A DNA stretch of 64,000 bases from Dimorphilus gyrociliatus (taxonomy: Eukaryota; Animalia; Annelida). Position numbers and translations under genes: made by a program. Below, piece after piece: positions 1-11,954 of this stretch. Each line of letters starts with the position of its first letter. The first letter of the stretch is position 1. Location of the stretch: NCBI GenBank assembly GCA_904063045.1, contig CAJFCJ010000019.1, positions 2,247,700-2,311,699 of the forward strand. Direction: 5' to 3'. The notes below the pieces were generated by a model. That model did not search any database, was not told the DNA's origin, and saw only the letters and a program-made list of their open reading frames with translations.

Positions 1-3000
1 CAATAACGGACAGATCTCAACCAGATGGTGGATCTTTGGAAAATTGTGCTGTTATAGAATTAAGAAACCTTTATTCGACTAATCAATGGCACGATGTACC
101 CTGTTCAGTGAGCAACGTTAAACAATTCATCTGCAAATTGGATGATTATTCATTAAGGAGAGAAAAATTGGATTTAAATTTAAACTCCTCTCTAGTCAAT
201 GATTCTTCGTTGTTTAAATGTAATAATTCAGAGTTTATTCATATTTGGGCCGTCTGTAACGGTAAAAATGATTGTGTTGATGGATCCGACGAAATAGGTT
301 GTACTTTAGAATGTCCCTCATCATTTTATAGTTGCGGAAATGGTGAATGCATTCCATTCTCTTATCAATGCGACCAGAAAGAGGATTGTTCAAATGGTAA
401 AGATGAAAGCAATTGCGGTACGTATTATTTGCAAGCGATTCTTTTTCTATTATATAATTTCATTATGAAATCTATCAAATAGTTCTCAAGACGTGTGATC
501 AGGACGAATTTATGTGTGTTAATGGACAATGTATTAAGAACACGGACAGATGCGATAGAATTGAACATTGTATGGACGGTTCAGATGAAAGTGAATGCGA
601 TTTTTGTATGCAACCAGACATGTTTCAATGTTTTGATGGCGCTTGTCTTCCTTGGAAAACTCGTTGTGACAAGACACACGATTGTGCCGGATGTTCTTAC
701 GAAGATGAAATTGGCTGCTATGGAACAGCAATTTCCCTTTGTTCAAGTAAACATCTTTGTTAAGTAAATATATGCTATAAATAAATTCATATTAATGTAT
801 ACGTAGATTTAGGAAATGCCGTTGGAGAAGGTTATCCGAGTGTTACCTGCTATATAAATCAAACAATAGATGTTGGCCGTATAGATATAGATAAAGCAAT
901 TAAAATAAGCCAGGATGATAATGATACAAATTCAATTCACGTGGACGTCTACTATCCAGCTTTCCCAAATAACGAACTATTAGTTGCCGCAATGCAAAAA
1001 TCTAAATCCTGTACTCAAACAGTAACAATAAAACCTTGCGGTAGTGTGGTATGGTCTTCGAGTTATTACTATAGCGTAAACAACATAAAAATATATCTAG
1101 AGTCTTTCATCAACAAGCATTTTGACGGGTACAGTATATATAATTTCATTTCAATTTCTACTTAATTACTATAGCAAAAAACAACTAGAAATGGTAATTG
1201 CGAAGAAACATTTCAAGTGTCTAATAGGCTATTTATACCAATTTTATATATATATCTAAAGACAACAAACGTGAGGTATAATTCCCTTGAAATAGGAAAA
1301 TTAATGTGCTTAGTCGGTAAGTAAATTGTAATGAATTATTGCTGTTCATCATAGAAAAATTCTTATAATACCAACCAGATCTGGGACATGAAGAATCTGA
1401 GAAATTCATTTGTAATAATTTACAGAAAGTTGATAAAAGACAACGTTGTTTATTCGAATATGATGAGTATAACATTCAAATTGGCTGTAGAGATATGTCT
1501 CATTTAATTGATTGCGGTAAAGGTGTAATTAAATAGATCTGTAAATTCTATTGTTTTTCTTTTTAAAAAATACTATTTAGACAATGTTAAACCGCAAAAT
1601 ACCGAATGCGGTAAAGATGTTGTTGCTGAAGAATATCGGGGAACGTTAAATAGGACTAATACAGGTAAATACTGTCAGAGATGGGATATTGATTATCCTC
1701 ACGCTCAAGACGTTAACGAACCATCGATGGTTAGAGAGGCAACTGTCTCGGACGCTCATAACTTTTGTAGAAACGTTTGGAGGTTAAAGTCTCCCTGGTG
1801 CCATTCCCTTAGCCCTGATCATAGAAGAGAATTTTGCGATGTTCCCGTTTGCAGTAAAATTCATATAGCTTTAAATATAGTACATATGTATTAATTCACG
1901 TGTTTAAACATCCTATAGAGGAAGATAAGTCAATTACGCCTATGACTTGTCCAAAAGACTATGTACGATGTCCCAACTTCTATTGTATTCCTCTAAGATA
2001 TGTTTGCGACGGTGTTTGGCATTGTTCAAACGGTGAAGATGAGCAAAATTGCGGTAAAAATTGAAATATTGATTTCATAAACGTACCTTTCAATTTTCCT
2101 TTTTATTAATTTATTTCTGTTAGATAACTACTCTTGTCCTGGATTTTATAGATGTAAATCTAGCCGTAATTGCATTCCTCCTTATCAATTATGTAATGGT
2201 AAATTTGAATGCCCAGAAAAAGATGATGAAGAATTTTGTCAGACAAAATGTCCTGCTCATTGTAAATGTATTGGATTATCTTGGTTTTGTAACATTCCAG
2301 TTGATTTAAATGGAATTAAAGAAGCAAGAGAGTTCATTAGACAATTAGAATTACCATTTGTTGATATGAATACTACACAGAAAGATTTCTATACTTTTCC
2401 ATTTCTTACTAAGTTAAATTTATCTCATTCAAATATTCATTTTCTGGAAGAATATTCTTTCACAAAAACTCCAAATTTATTCTCATTGGACCTAAGTTGG
2501 AATAGTATTGAACGCTTAAGTTCCAATACTTTCCGTGGTTTGGGAAGACTACAAGAATTAGTCCTAACTGGTAATCGTAACTTGAGAATTATAGACCCCT
2601 ACTCTTTCAACGGTCTAAATAGTTTGCCTAATTTATATTTATCTGGTTTAAATATTGAAAAATTGCCAGATAATTCCTTTCAAGGACTGAACTCGTTAAA
2701 AGTTCTTGATTTGGCAAATAATCGGTTGGAATCAATTTTTGATAATTCCTTCTTTGGTTTGTCAAATTTACAAGAATTGGATTTAAGTGATAATGATATC
2801 GGAGCTGCTAATAGTAAAACTTTCGCTCCATTAAGTCAATTGATAAAGTTAACGAGCGATGAATTCCGCTTTTGTTGTTTATCCCCTCAAGTTGATAAAT
2901 CCAATTGTAAACCAGCCGCAGATGCTATATCCAGTTGTAATGATTTGATGAGAGAAAATTATCTAAGAGCATTTTTATGGATTTTCGGCTTATCGGCTTG

Positions 3001-4335
3001 TCTAGGTAACGCCTTTGTATTTATCTGGCGATTTAAAGATATGATGAAAACACCAAATTCAATGATAATTACAAATTTAGCTATTTTCGACTTTTTAATG
3101 GGAATATACATGCTGATAATAGCATCTGTTGATATCTATCTTAAAGGAAAGTATATTGAATACGATAGTATATGGAGGAATCATTGGTTATGTAAAACTT
3201 CTGGATTCTTAGCAACACTCTCTAGTGAGGGTTCCGTTTGTACTCTGGCTCTTATGACGCTCGATAGAGTTATCAATATAGTAAACCCTCTAAGTACAAA
3301 AAAATTAACAACTAAAAGTACAATTGTAACACTATTTGGTGTTTGGCTATTTGTTTTTATTATTAGTATCCTACCACTCTTTCCGATTGACTATTTCGGG
3401 TCTAATTTCTATGGCAGATCCGGTGTATGTGTTTCACTACCATTGACAGCAGACAGACCAGCTGGATGGCAATATTCTGCAGCAATATTTCTCGGTTTCA
3501 ATTTTGTTTGTTTTGTGATCATTGCAGCTGGATACTTCTATATGTATAGAATAATTAATTCATCCAGCTCCAGTTTAGGAAGTTCTCAAAGAAGGAATCA
3601 AATTGCTGTAGCAAGAAAGATCATGTTAATCATTCTTACTGATTTTGTTTGTTGGTTACCTATAATCATAATTGGTTTCGTTGCCGTAACTGGAACGGAG
3701 ATATCGGGTGATGTTTACGCTTTTGTGATCGTATTCGTTCTACCTATAAACAGCGCCCTTAATCCTTTATTATATACAATAAGCTCGATTAGGGCGCCAA
3801 AGAAGAAGATGCGAAAAACCAAAAACTCAACTGGACCAAATTCTGTAACAGTAAAACTATTATTATTATACTCAAAATGTTTTAATTTCAATAATATCTA
3901 CATTACATTAGAGAATTACTACTTACGACAATGAAAAACACAAAACATCGATGATTGTCTTCTACGGAGGTGACGGCAAACAATTAACTTTGAAACAAGT
4001 TGCCAGCTTACGTCAAACAAAAGTTGCGGGTCTATTAATAATAGCAATTAAACTGTTTAAGATAATTAATGGTCTACATAACATAGGCTTAGTGCACGGG
4101 AATTTTAAAATGAGTAATACAGCGATAAGAAAGAATAAGGTAGGTCATAAAGTAATAAATTCAAATATTATTCCCCTTTATATAATAAATTAATATGAAC
4201 GTTTAGAAAATTTATCAAGTTGGTATTCTTGGCTTGGAAAACGCCCAACATATACAAAATGAATTTGATACATCAGAAGATATATATGGTTTAAGTATTG
4301 CACTCCGATCAGCTTTGCAAACGTTTAATAAATAA
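1..4335 (+). CDS. GRL101-like / type C LGR (LDLa-LRR-7TM) with C-type lectin, Caspr-like, kringle modules and kinase-like tail; 5' end outside window
   Basis: Spliced exons <1-417, 483-746, 807-1128, 1189-1316, 1379-1516, 1581-1853, 1919-2053, 2124-3850, 3912-4139, 4207-4335, all GT-AG and phase compatible. CTL end (QPD..ENCAV..WHDVPC..FICK), multiple LDLa (CxxxxxCDxxxDCxDGSDE), kringle (YRG..CQRW..NFCRN..PWC..EFCDVPVC), LRRs, hinge ISSCNDLM, 7TM with NPLLY. Confidence 0.9.
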
Positions 4336-4709
4336 TTTTACTTGTTAAGACAATGTTGTGTATTTATTCACAAAAAGGTTAGTTTTGTAGATAGGCAAAC
4401 GAATGTCCTAACTAATTTCTATTAATAAATCAAATAATCTACTATAACATGGTACGTCCTTATTAAAATTATTGTTTTTTTCTATTCTTTTTTTGCTTAA
4501 TCACTATTATGATCAATATTTACATTTCTTAATGTATATCTTTTTTGGATAAGTTGTTAAAAAAAAACTATCAAGGGGTGGATGAGTGGGTGGGAGGAAT
4601 GAAACATCTTTCAATAATACAAAATAAAGAAGAGTTTTGTTGAGTAGTACTCAAAAAATCTAATGTAAAGTAGTTGAATATTGGGGTATGTTGCTGGACA
4701 AGTGAAAGG

Positions 4710-5906
4710 ATGAGATTGATAATTCAGGATATACTCATAATTCTGCTGGTTATTGTTTGTACTATAACTGTACTGTTAGATTTTACTGAGAAGCCTGATG
4801 CGTCTTCTGTAGTATTTCGAGTATCGTCAGATAATAAAATAGCCAATTCGGATGACTTTGAATTAGATTCAGAGGTTTCGTACAATGTTAAAACTGGTCC
4901 TCTAATGGATGTTGACGAAGAAGTAGATGAGATGATAGTTGGCGGAGATGAAATTGTATACGAGCCAATAAATCGAATAACAACAAAACTATTGCAATGT
5001 GAAGGACCAGGGGGATTAGGTAATAAAATAAGATCAATATCTTCTTGTTATATGCTCGCCGAAATTCTCGACAGGCAACTAGTAGTCATTGATAATTGGC
5101 CAACAAGATGCCCAATGTCCAATCACTTTGAACCATCCCATTTACACCTTCAAAGGGATAGATTTTGCAACAAATATAATTCATATGTATTAAAAGTACC
5201 ATTTAATTATCATAAAATTATTAATAGCCAATCAATAATGGAATTAAGAAAAAGAAATGAATCTTGTATCCTAATAAAATCAAGTACATCGTTTATGTAT
5301 CAAAATTTTGATGAGCCTGTTGTACAACTACTAAAAGAGAAGAATTTAACATCGAAGAGTTTACGTTCAACATTCAGAAATGTATTTAAAAAGCTTTTTA
5401 AGCCGAAAATAAATTTACAACAGATTGTTGACAACAACTTGAATCAAATGAGAGATGTTGATGCCGAAGATGATCCTAAAAAGTTAATATGCTTTGAAGT
5501 TAAATCTGGATGGGATGAGGCGGGTGTTGGTAAATGGACTGAAAACTGTTATCAAAATTTGATACAAACTATTAACGAAAATATAAGAAATTTTACAGAT
5601 AGTAAAGTCTTCTTGAGTACAGATAGCAATTTAATGGGATCTCTTATTAAATTGACCTTTGGTGATAATATTCACGTTGCTGAGGAAAAATTAATGGAAT
5701 TTTCAACGGATAAACTAACAGGTACACCTTGCACACTTTATAATAAAATCTACACCGATTTCCTTATTTTAACATTATGCGATAAATCATATACAAGTCA
5801 TTTTTCATCATTTGGCTTGTTATCTGCACGTCTTAATCAATTGTTAACAATGAATGTTATGAAATGTGAAGAAAATCGATTCTCAATTATAGAAAAAGAT
5901 TTTTAA
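4710..5906 (+). CDS. Type II membrane fucosyltransferase-like glycosyltransferase (alpha-1,2/1,6 FucT superfamily)
   Basis: Single long exon; N-terminal TM (ILIILLVIVCTITVLL); GGLGNKIR motif, VFLSTDS, and DFLILTLCD..S.FSSFG..SA. May have an upstream ATG exon (ATG 4449-4451, intron 4452-4673) in frame with 4674. Confidence 0.7.
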   Translation: MRLIIQDILIILLVIVCTITVLLDFTEKPDASSVVFRVSSDNKIANSDDFELDSEVSYNVKTGPLMDVDEEVDEMIVGGDEIVYEPINRITTKLLQCEGPGGLGNKIRSISSCYMLAEILDRQLVVIDNWPTRCPMSNHFEPSHLHLQRDRFCNKYNSYVLKVPFNYHKIINSQSIMELRKRNESCILIKSSTSFMYQNFDEPVVQLLKEKNLTSKSLRSTFRNVFKKLFKPKINLQQIVDNNLNQMRDVDAEDDPKKLICFEVKSGWDEAGVGKWTENCYQNLIQTINENIRNFTDSKVFLSTDSNLMGSLIKLTFGDNIHVAEEKLMEFSTDKLTGTPCTLYNKIYTDFLILTLCDKSYTSHFSSFGLLSARLNQLLTMNVMKCEENRFSIIEKDF

Positions 5907-5995
5907 TTCTATTTTTCATATTATAATATGTTAATTTATTACTTCAAATCCTTCTCATTTTCTACCTACTACTATCCCTACCAATCTCTTTACAC

Positions 5996-6015
5996 ATATA
6001 TATATATATATATAT
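5996..6015. repeat. (TA)n microsatellite
   Basis: Direct reading of about 10 TA units followed by TG-rich units. Confidence 0.9.
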
Positions 6016-6417
6016 GTTTGTGTATGTATATATTTCTTTTTTCATCTTATCTATTGAATAGATAAGAATATTTATATTTATATGTGTGTGTGATTTCAGT
6101 TATTCTCACTAGTTTAGCCATTGAGCTTGAATCGTTCATTATCTTTTAAATCGTTTTTAACATAAAAAATAAGGTTGGTTAATTAGAGCAGAATGAATGC
6201 CTTAATAAATTAACTTATGTTATAAAATAAACTTTTTAATTTATTATTAAAGTAGTCGTATTGTTAATTTATGCATATATATTAAAATTTAACAAGTTTT
6301 ATATACTATATATTTGAAATAGGAGACTTTTTAAGAAAAATATTTTTTCTTAGTTAGGCCTAAATAATTGAAAAAATAGGTCGCGCATAACTCTTTACGA
6401 TTATAATTAGCCACGTC

Positions 6418-7211
6418 ATGGTTACGTTCTACGTATTGGTCTTGGCTGCAACAATTGCAACTGCAACACTAGGAAATGAAGTAATAAACCCAGTAATTCC
6501 AGTTCCGAGGAGAAGACCTGGAGTAATTCTTTCGGAAAATACTCTGGCTAAAAAGGTATTAGTTGATTTTGAAGTGTTTTTGGAGTTGAATTGTCCTGAT
6601 AGTAAAGTCACATGGCCTGTATTGAAGAGAGTTGCTCAAGATTTTGCCCCGAAGGGGGTTAGATTAACAGTTAATCAATTTGCTCTACCATACCATCAAT
6701 ATGGCTATCTATCAACTCTTGCCTACTATTTTATAAACAATAACAATGCCTCATTAACTGTACCGTACGCTGATGCCATCTTCGAAAATATAAGGGAGTT
6801 TGGACTGCGTAGCTGGACTAAAACCCCAATAGAAATGACTAAGTAATATCCTTATTACTATTAAGAAATGATCGACTAAGACGAATTATCATTTTTTTAT
6901 AATTGTAGACGTTTGTCAGAAATTGCTGTTTCAGTTGGCTACGAACAAGGATTTAACACAACAGACATATTGGCTTTCAGCGGTCCAGTAAGAACTACTT
7001 GGAAATATGCTACAAGACGTCTGTATACAATAAAACGCATAATAGATTATTGAATAGCTAATCATTTGTTATTCTTTGTTTAGGTGGCGTTTCTGGCACC
7101 CCATGGTATTTTATTAATAACGTTGATCTCGGCATATCTTCGAGTGGAACTCTTTCCTACGAGACTTGGGCAGATTATTTGAATGGCTTATTAATGGGGA
7201 AAAAAATTTAG
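6418..7211 (+). CDS. Secreted DsbA/thioredoxin-fold protein with CPDS motif
   Basis: Exons 6418-6842, 6909-7018, 7084-7211. Signal peptide; FLELNCPDSK..WP; LPYH; splicing yields WKYATRRGVSGTPWYFINNV (cis-Pro loop GTP of the DsbA fold). Confidence 0.8.
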
Positions 7212-7637
7212 AATATAGCCATTTATTTTACTATAATTCCTTAAAATGTTCTATCTCTGTTAAAGTTCATTTAATAAAAAGATTTTATTAAAAAACTATG
7301 CTATTTAAACTTTGGTTTTATTTCATAAAATAAATCTATGAAACTTAGATACTTTTCATGATTCATAGGAATTTTATAACACTGATCTTCTCATGGTAGA
7401 TAAGCTACGTAAATGAATAGTAATGGAACCTTCTTAATATGTTACACATATAAATAGCAAACGCTAAAACTTTGCAGAAAGTTGCGAAATTCTAAGGTGA
7501 AGGTTGAATTTTTACGAAAATAAAAGTCACTTCAAAACTTCCGGTACAGCACTGCGGCGTGATCACCTTTTCTCCCCCATAAATATTTGATTTTATGTAA
7601 TCAAAATTGTGTGAAGTAGATCAGAGAATTGGGTACA

Positions 7638-9600
7638 ATGAATTTGACCACCGCTCTGGAGTCTCTTAACAGCGTAAGTAAAAATTCATCCGTATTAGCA
7701 GTTTTACTTAGCACTCATTATGCAGCAGGACAGGACTATATATGAGGAATTCATATCACAGATTAGTGACCCAGACTTGGAGGTTGGTAGAATATTGATT
7801 AAATATATTAGGTTCACTAAATTTATGTGATATGGTCCTTAGGCAACAAAAGTAGAACAATTACTTCTAGAGGTCTCACAAAATGCTACTAAATTAACTT
7901 CAAGAAATGTAGAGAACTGCAAAGACTTAATCTACAGAATATTACGCCTGAAATGGACAAATCTAGACCAAAATATAGCTAATGCCTACATTCAATTCGC
8001 TAATTTGCTAGCCTCTTCTCATCCAGAATTCGAAACTGATATTATTGAAGCTAATATAAAATCTTTTCTAATCACTGGTATGATATAAAAGAATTTTAAT
8101 TTTATAACAATCAACAATGAATAGAATTATTTCAGGTGCTTCAGAAGAAGTAGCTCAAAATCGAATTCACGATTTATTATTAAATTTATCATCGAAAAAT
8201 GGATTGTCAAAGTTTGTATACAGGCCTTTTTTCTTTTTACGCTCATCGCAAAATTGATTTGCTTTTTAGTACCGAAGAGAAGATCACTCAAGCAATAACC
8301 AGATATTTTCCTCATATGACTAAAAGCGTGGAACAACATGAAAACTTTACTAAGCACGTTTTGAAATGTAGTACGTATTTGGCATCTGTAAGGGAATATT
8401 TATTGGAAGTTATTATTGATAGAATGTTGAAATTAGATGTGAGTTCTCGCAATTTTTATATAAATATTAATGTGACTTGTAATTCTATATCAAAATAAAA
8501 TAGGCTAGAGCCTCTAGAGAAGCCATACTAGAGGCTGAGGAGAATATGGAAGAATCGTGCACGTTTACAATGGAGACTGAAAAGAATGAATTAGCTCATA
8601 AAGAAGGAGCTCGATTAGATTGTATGATGGACATTTTTTTTACTTACCTACATGATATTTGCCATCCTGAAGGCGATCTCGACTTTGCTGTAAGTCTATT
8701 CTAATATGATTAATAAATTATAAATTATTTAATATTATTCTAATCTTACAGGTAGCAAAAGTTATTTATAAGGACCTATTGTTTGTTTTTGATCGACTTA
8801 TTCTAAAAATGTGGAAAATATGTCATGTTCCATTTGTCATATTTTATTTATGTAGTTTTAAGGATTTACTCGCTGAAGATTTTTTGGATTATCTCTGGAA
8901 GAAAGTTTGTTCTCCCCAAATTGAAACTGTGTTCCGTCAGGCATCGGCTTCCTACATTGCTTCATTTCTGGCTCGTGCTAAATACGTTTCAACAAAAACT
9001 TGTTGTAATATGCTCTCGTTGTTGGCTGAATGGTTACATAATTATCAGTTAGAATCAAATGAGCCCGAGTTCGATTTGCACAAACACGCAACATATTATT
9101 CCGTTGCTCAAGCTCTCTTCTACACATTTACATTTCGACATATTGAGCTCTGTAAATCTCCTTCCGCAAGGAGCTGGATTCATTCTTTACGACTTCAAGC
9201 TTTGGTCACATCCAGACTTAATCCTTTGAAAGCTTGTTTGCCAACTGTCGTCAATACTTTTTCGAGCGTTGCTCACCAACAACAAATAGTACTTTGCGAT
9301 TCAATAATAGAGAGAAATGCTCGAAGTAGTTTACCTGTTGTCTCATCGAAATTCAGCGATGGCTGGCTTTTTACAAAGTCAAATCCACTGGACGCTTTCT
9401 TCCCATTTGATCCATACGTATTAAACCGATCAAAACTTAGGATAAATGGTATTTATAGGGAATACGAAGGTCAACCAGTTGTTATTAAGGAAAGAGAATC
9501 CACTGAAGCTATCGAGGAATCTTGGGAAAGCTTTAAGGCTTCATTAAGTCCTATGTACTGCTCAACATCGCCTGGATATTTGAATTCAATAGAAAATTAA
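7638..9600 (+). CDS. RRN3: RNA polymerase I transcription initiation factor RRN3 (TIF-IA)
   Basis: Multi-exon; motifs EVIIDRMLKLDV, RLDCMM, CHVPFVIFYLCSF, RQASASYIASFLARAK, NPLDAFFPFDPYVL match the RRN3 family. Confidence 0.92.
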
Positions 9601-9757
9601 CTATTTATTTTAAAGTTTTTTTGTTATTTCATTCGTACTTCCCGCGAAAATTAAAAAGCAAAATTCTCAACCAATAAACATCAACCAAGTTTCAATGTCA
9701 AGGTCATTTCTCACTACCTTGTTAAAATAGTATAAATTTGTACAAAAATTTCCGTAA

Positions 9758-11539
9758 ATGTGGCTAAGTAAGCTAGTATTTGTAATTTTAATAATTGGTC
9801 GTTGTTCTTTGGCCGCTGATAAAGAAGATGAGAACGTTTATACTACTACAGATCCTAAAAAACGCGAACCGTCCCCTTGTGAAGGTATATTCAATGAAAG
9901 ATTATACATTAAAGAAATTACCTTTTAGATTGATTTTCTTTCATATTTTGATAAAAATAAGTTTGCAAATATTTTGTAACGGAATTAAAAGAACGTTTGG
10001 ATGAGACTGGAAAGAATCGCGAAAAAATAAGGACCGGTTATGATTTTGATTTAGATTCTAAGAAGGAATTTGATTACAGAACATCGTGCGCTTATTCGTT
10101 ATCAATATTAAATTATTTGTAGCTTGATTTTTGTTTCTTTTTCTTTACATTTGCTTTAGAAAAGATATTTAAAAGTCTCTCTTTTTTTTGATATCTTGCC
10201 ATTGTTATTTATAATTGTTCTCTCTCACTCGAATTCTATTCTAGTCTGTAAAATCTTCGCCCTCGAACTTCAGGACAAACTAGATCAAACAAAACACTCC
10301 AAGCAAGTCTTAGAAACTGGCTACGATATAAATAAAGAAAAAAAAAAGAAACCTTATAAATATTCGTGAGTGTTGTATTCTCTCTCTTCCTCTTATGTCG
10401 ATATTCTATATTCTCATCGAATGTTCTTTACTTTGTAATATATATTCCCTATCTTATTCAGAGATGACCAAAATATTAAAACTTGCTTATTTAATAAACT
10501 ATATTTCCAGAGAAACAAGACTTATAGAAGCGCTAGAAGATCCTCATATATGCGATAAGATTCTTAAGTATAATGTTCATGCTGAGAGAAAAGGAAGCTT
10601 AAGATATGCAAAAGGTCAAAGTGAAACTATGCAAACTCTACATAATCTCGTGTAAGTATCTAAATCATTTTCCCATTAAATGGCAAATAAGGTGTAAACT
10701 GGGAAGAGAGAGAGAGAAACTCTTAACCCTCTTTAAGCCATTCAGACAAAAAGTTAGAAAAACGAATAACATTGTTAAATAGCTATATTTGAAATTAAAC
10801 AGAGAATAGCCAACCGCTTATCTCTTCGATTTCTTTTAATACAGTCATAAAGGTGTTAAAGTAGTTTACGATATACCATACGAATTATGGAATGAAACTT
10901 CGTCCGAAATTGTCAAAATGCATAGAGCAGTAAGTATTTATACAAAATGATTTTTATCAACATGTGTTACTGTTGTTTAGTTTGCTTTTTAAGGAGAATA
11001 TAAAAAGTTACTAAATATAGACTCTTTGTTCGATAAGCAATAAGATATAACTGCAGTTTTTTTCGTTAATATTCGTTGAAGTATTTTTATTTTCTCTATT
11101 TGACTCAGTAAAAATTCCTTTCAGTGTTTTGCACTTGCAAATGATTATGAGGAAGATATTCAGGAATGGTACTATAATCACCAAGACACAGTTAGCTTAA
11201 TGAAGTATGTATGTGCTGATAGATACCTTAAAGGGAAAGACAAAAGTAAGACTGAAAGATAACACACTAATAATTTCTTTTAGCTATATATTTCTTGCTT
11301 TTTAGAATGTTTGGACGAAATATTCTTTTCGAAGGGAGAAAGTGATGACGACGATGATACAGATTCAAAAGCGAAACAGAAGAAATTGAAGCCAAGTACC
11401 ACTTCTATTTTTTCCTTTATTTTTCTAGTAAAACTAATTTCTAATTTCAATTTTAGAAAAATCAAAAACTGATTCGCAATCTGAAAAAAAGAATCCTAAA
11501 TACGCAAAAGGTGATAAAGGTAGAAAGGTTGAGCTATAA
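9758..11539 (+). CDS. CNPY4: Canopy family ER protein (CNPY3/CNPY4-like, saposin-like DUF3456) with duplicated exon 2
   Basis: Exons 9758-9884, [9962-10085 or 10245-10365], 10511-10651, 10845-10929, 11125-11245, 11306-11395, 11457-11539. Signal peptide, [52 protein letters not shown]-terminal KVEL ER-retrieval-like signal. Confidence 0.92.
10705..10717. repeat. Short (GA)n tract in CNPY intron
   Basis: agagagagagaga read directly. Confidence 0.7.
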
Positions 11540-11954
11540 AAAACATTGGCGCTAAATTTTGTCAACATCTAGTCGTTCTCTCTGGAAATATATCCTACAA
11601 AATCCTCAAAGTTATTCTTTCTCTCAATTTGTGGTAATTTTTTATGTTTTGTATTTTATATACAATTTTTACAATTTCAATGAAAAATTATTTCTATAAA
11701 TTTATGTTTTTTCTCGTTTTTGTGAGCTTCGTCAAAACGTTTTAATTAATTCATGCTTTTGTATCTTTCGTCTGTTTTCTTTTTTTTTTTGTCATTTAAC
11801 CTCTTTTGTATCAAATAGAAATAGAAGCTGTCCTTGAAAGAATAAATTCTCTTAAGTGTATATTTAAGGGCAAAGTACAAGAAGTAATAAAATCAGTTGG
11901 TCCATTACAAAATACTTCACTATTTTAAGGCTACAAGCATTTAATTTTTTACAA

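Noticed and set aside
4575-4597. G-rich tract ggggtggatgagtgggtgggagg (G-quadruplex or KLF site)
   Set aside because: It has only three full G3 runs and is a single occurrence; too weak without data.
6846-6910. ATATCCTT resembling a U12 AT-AC donor
   Set aside because: The AT-AC phases are incompatible and create a stop; the GT-AG intron 6843-6908 explains the gene.
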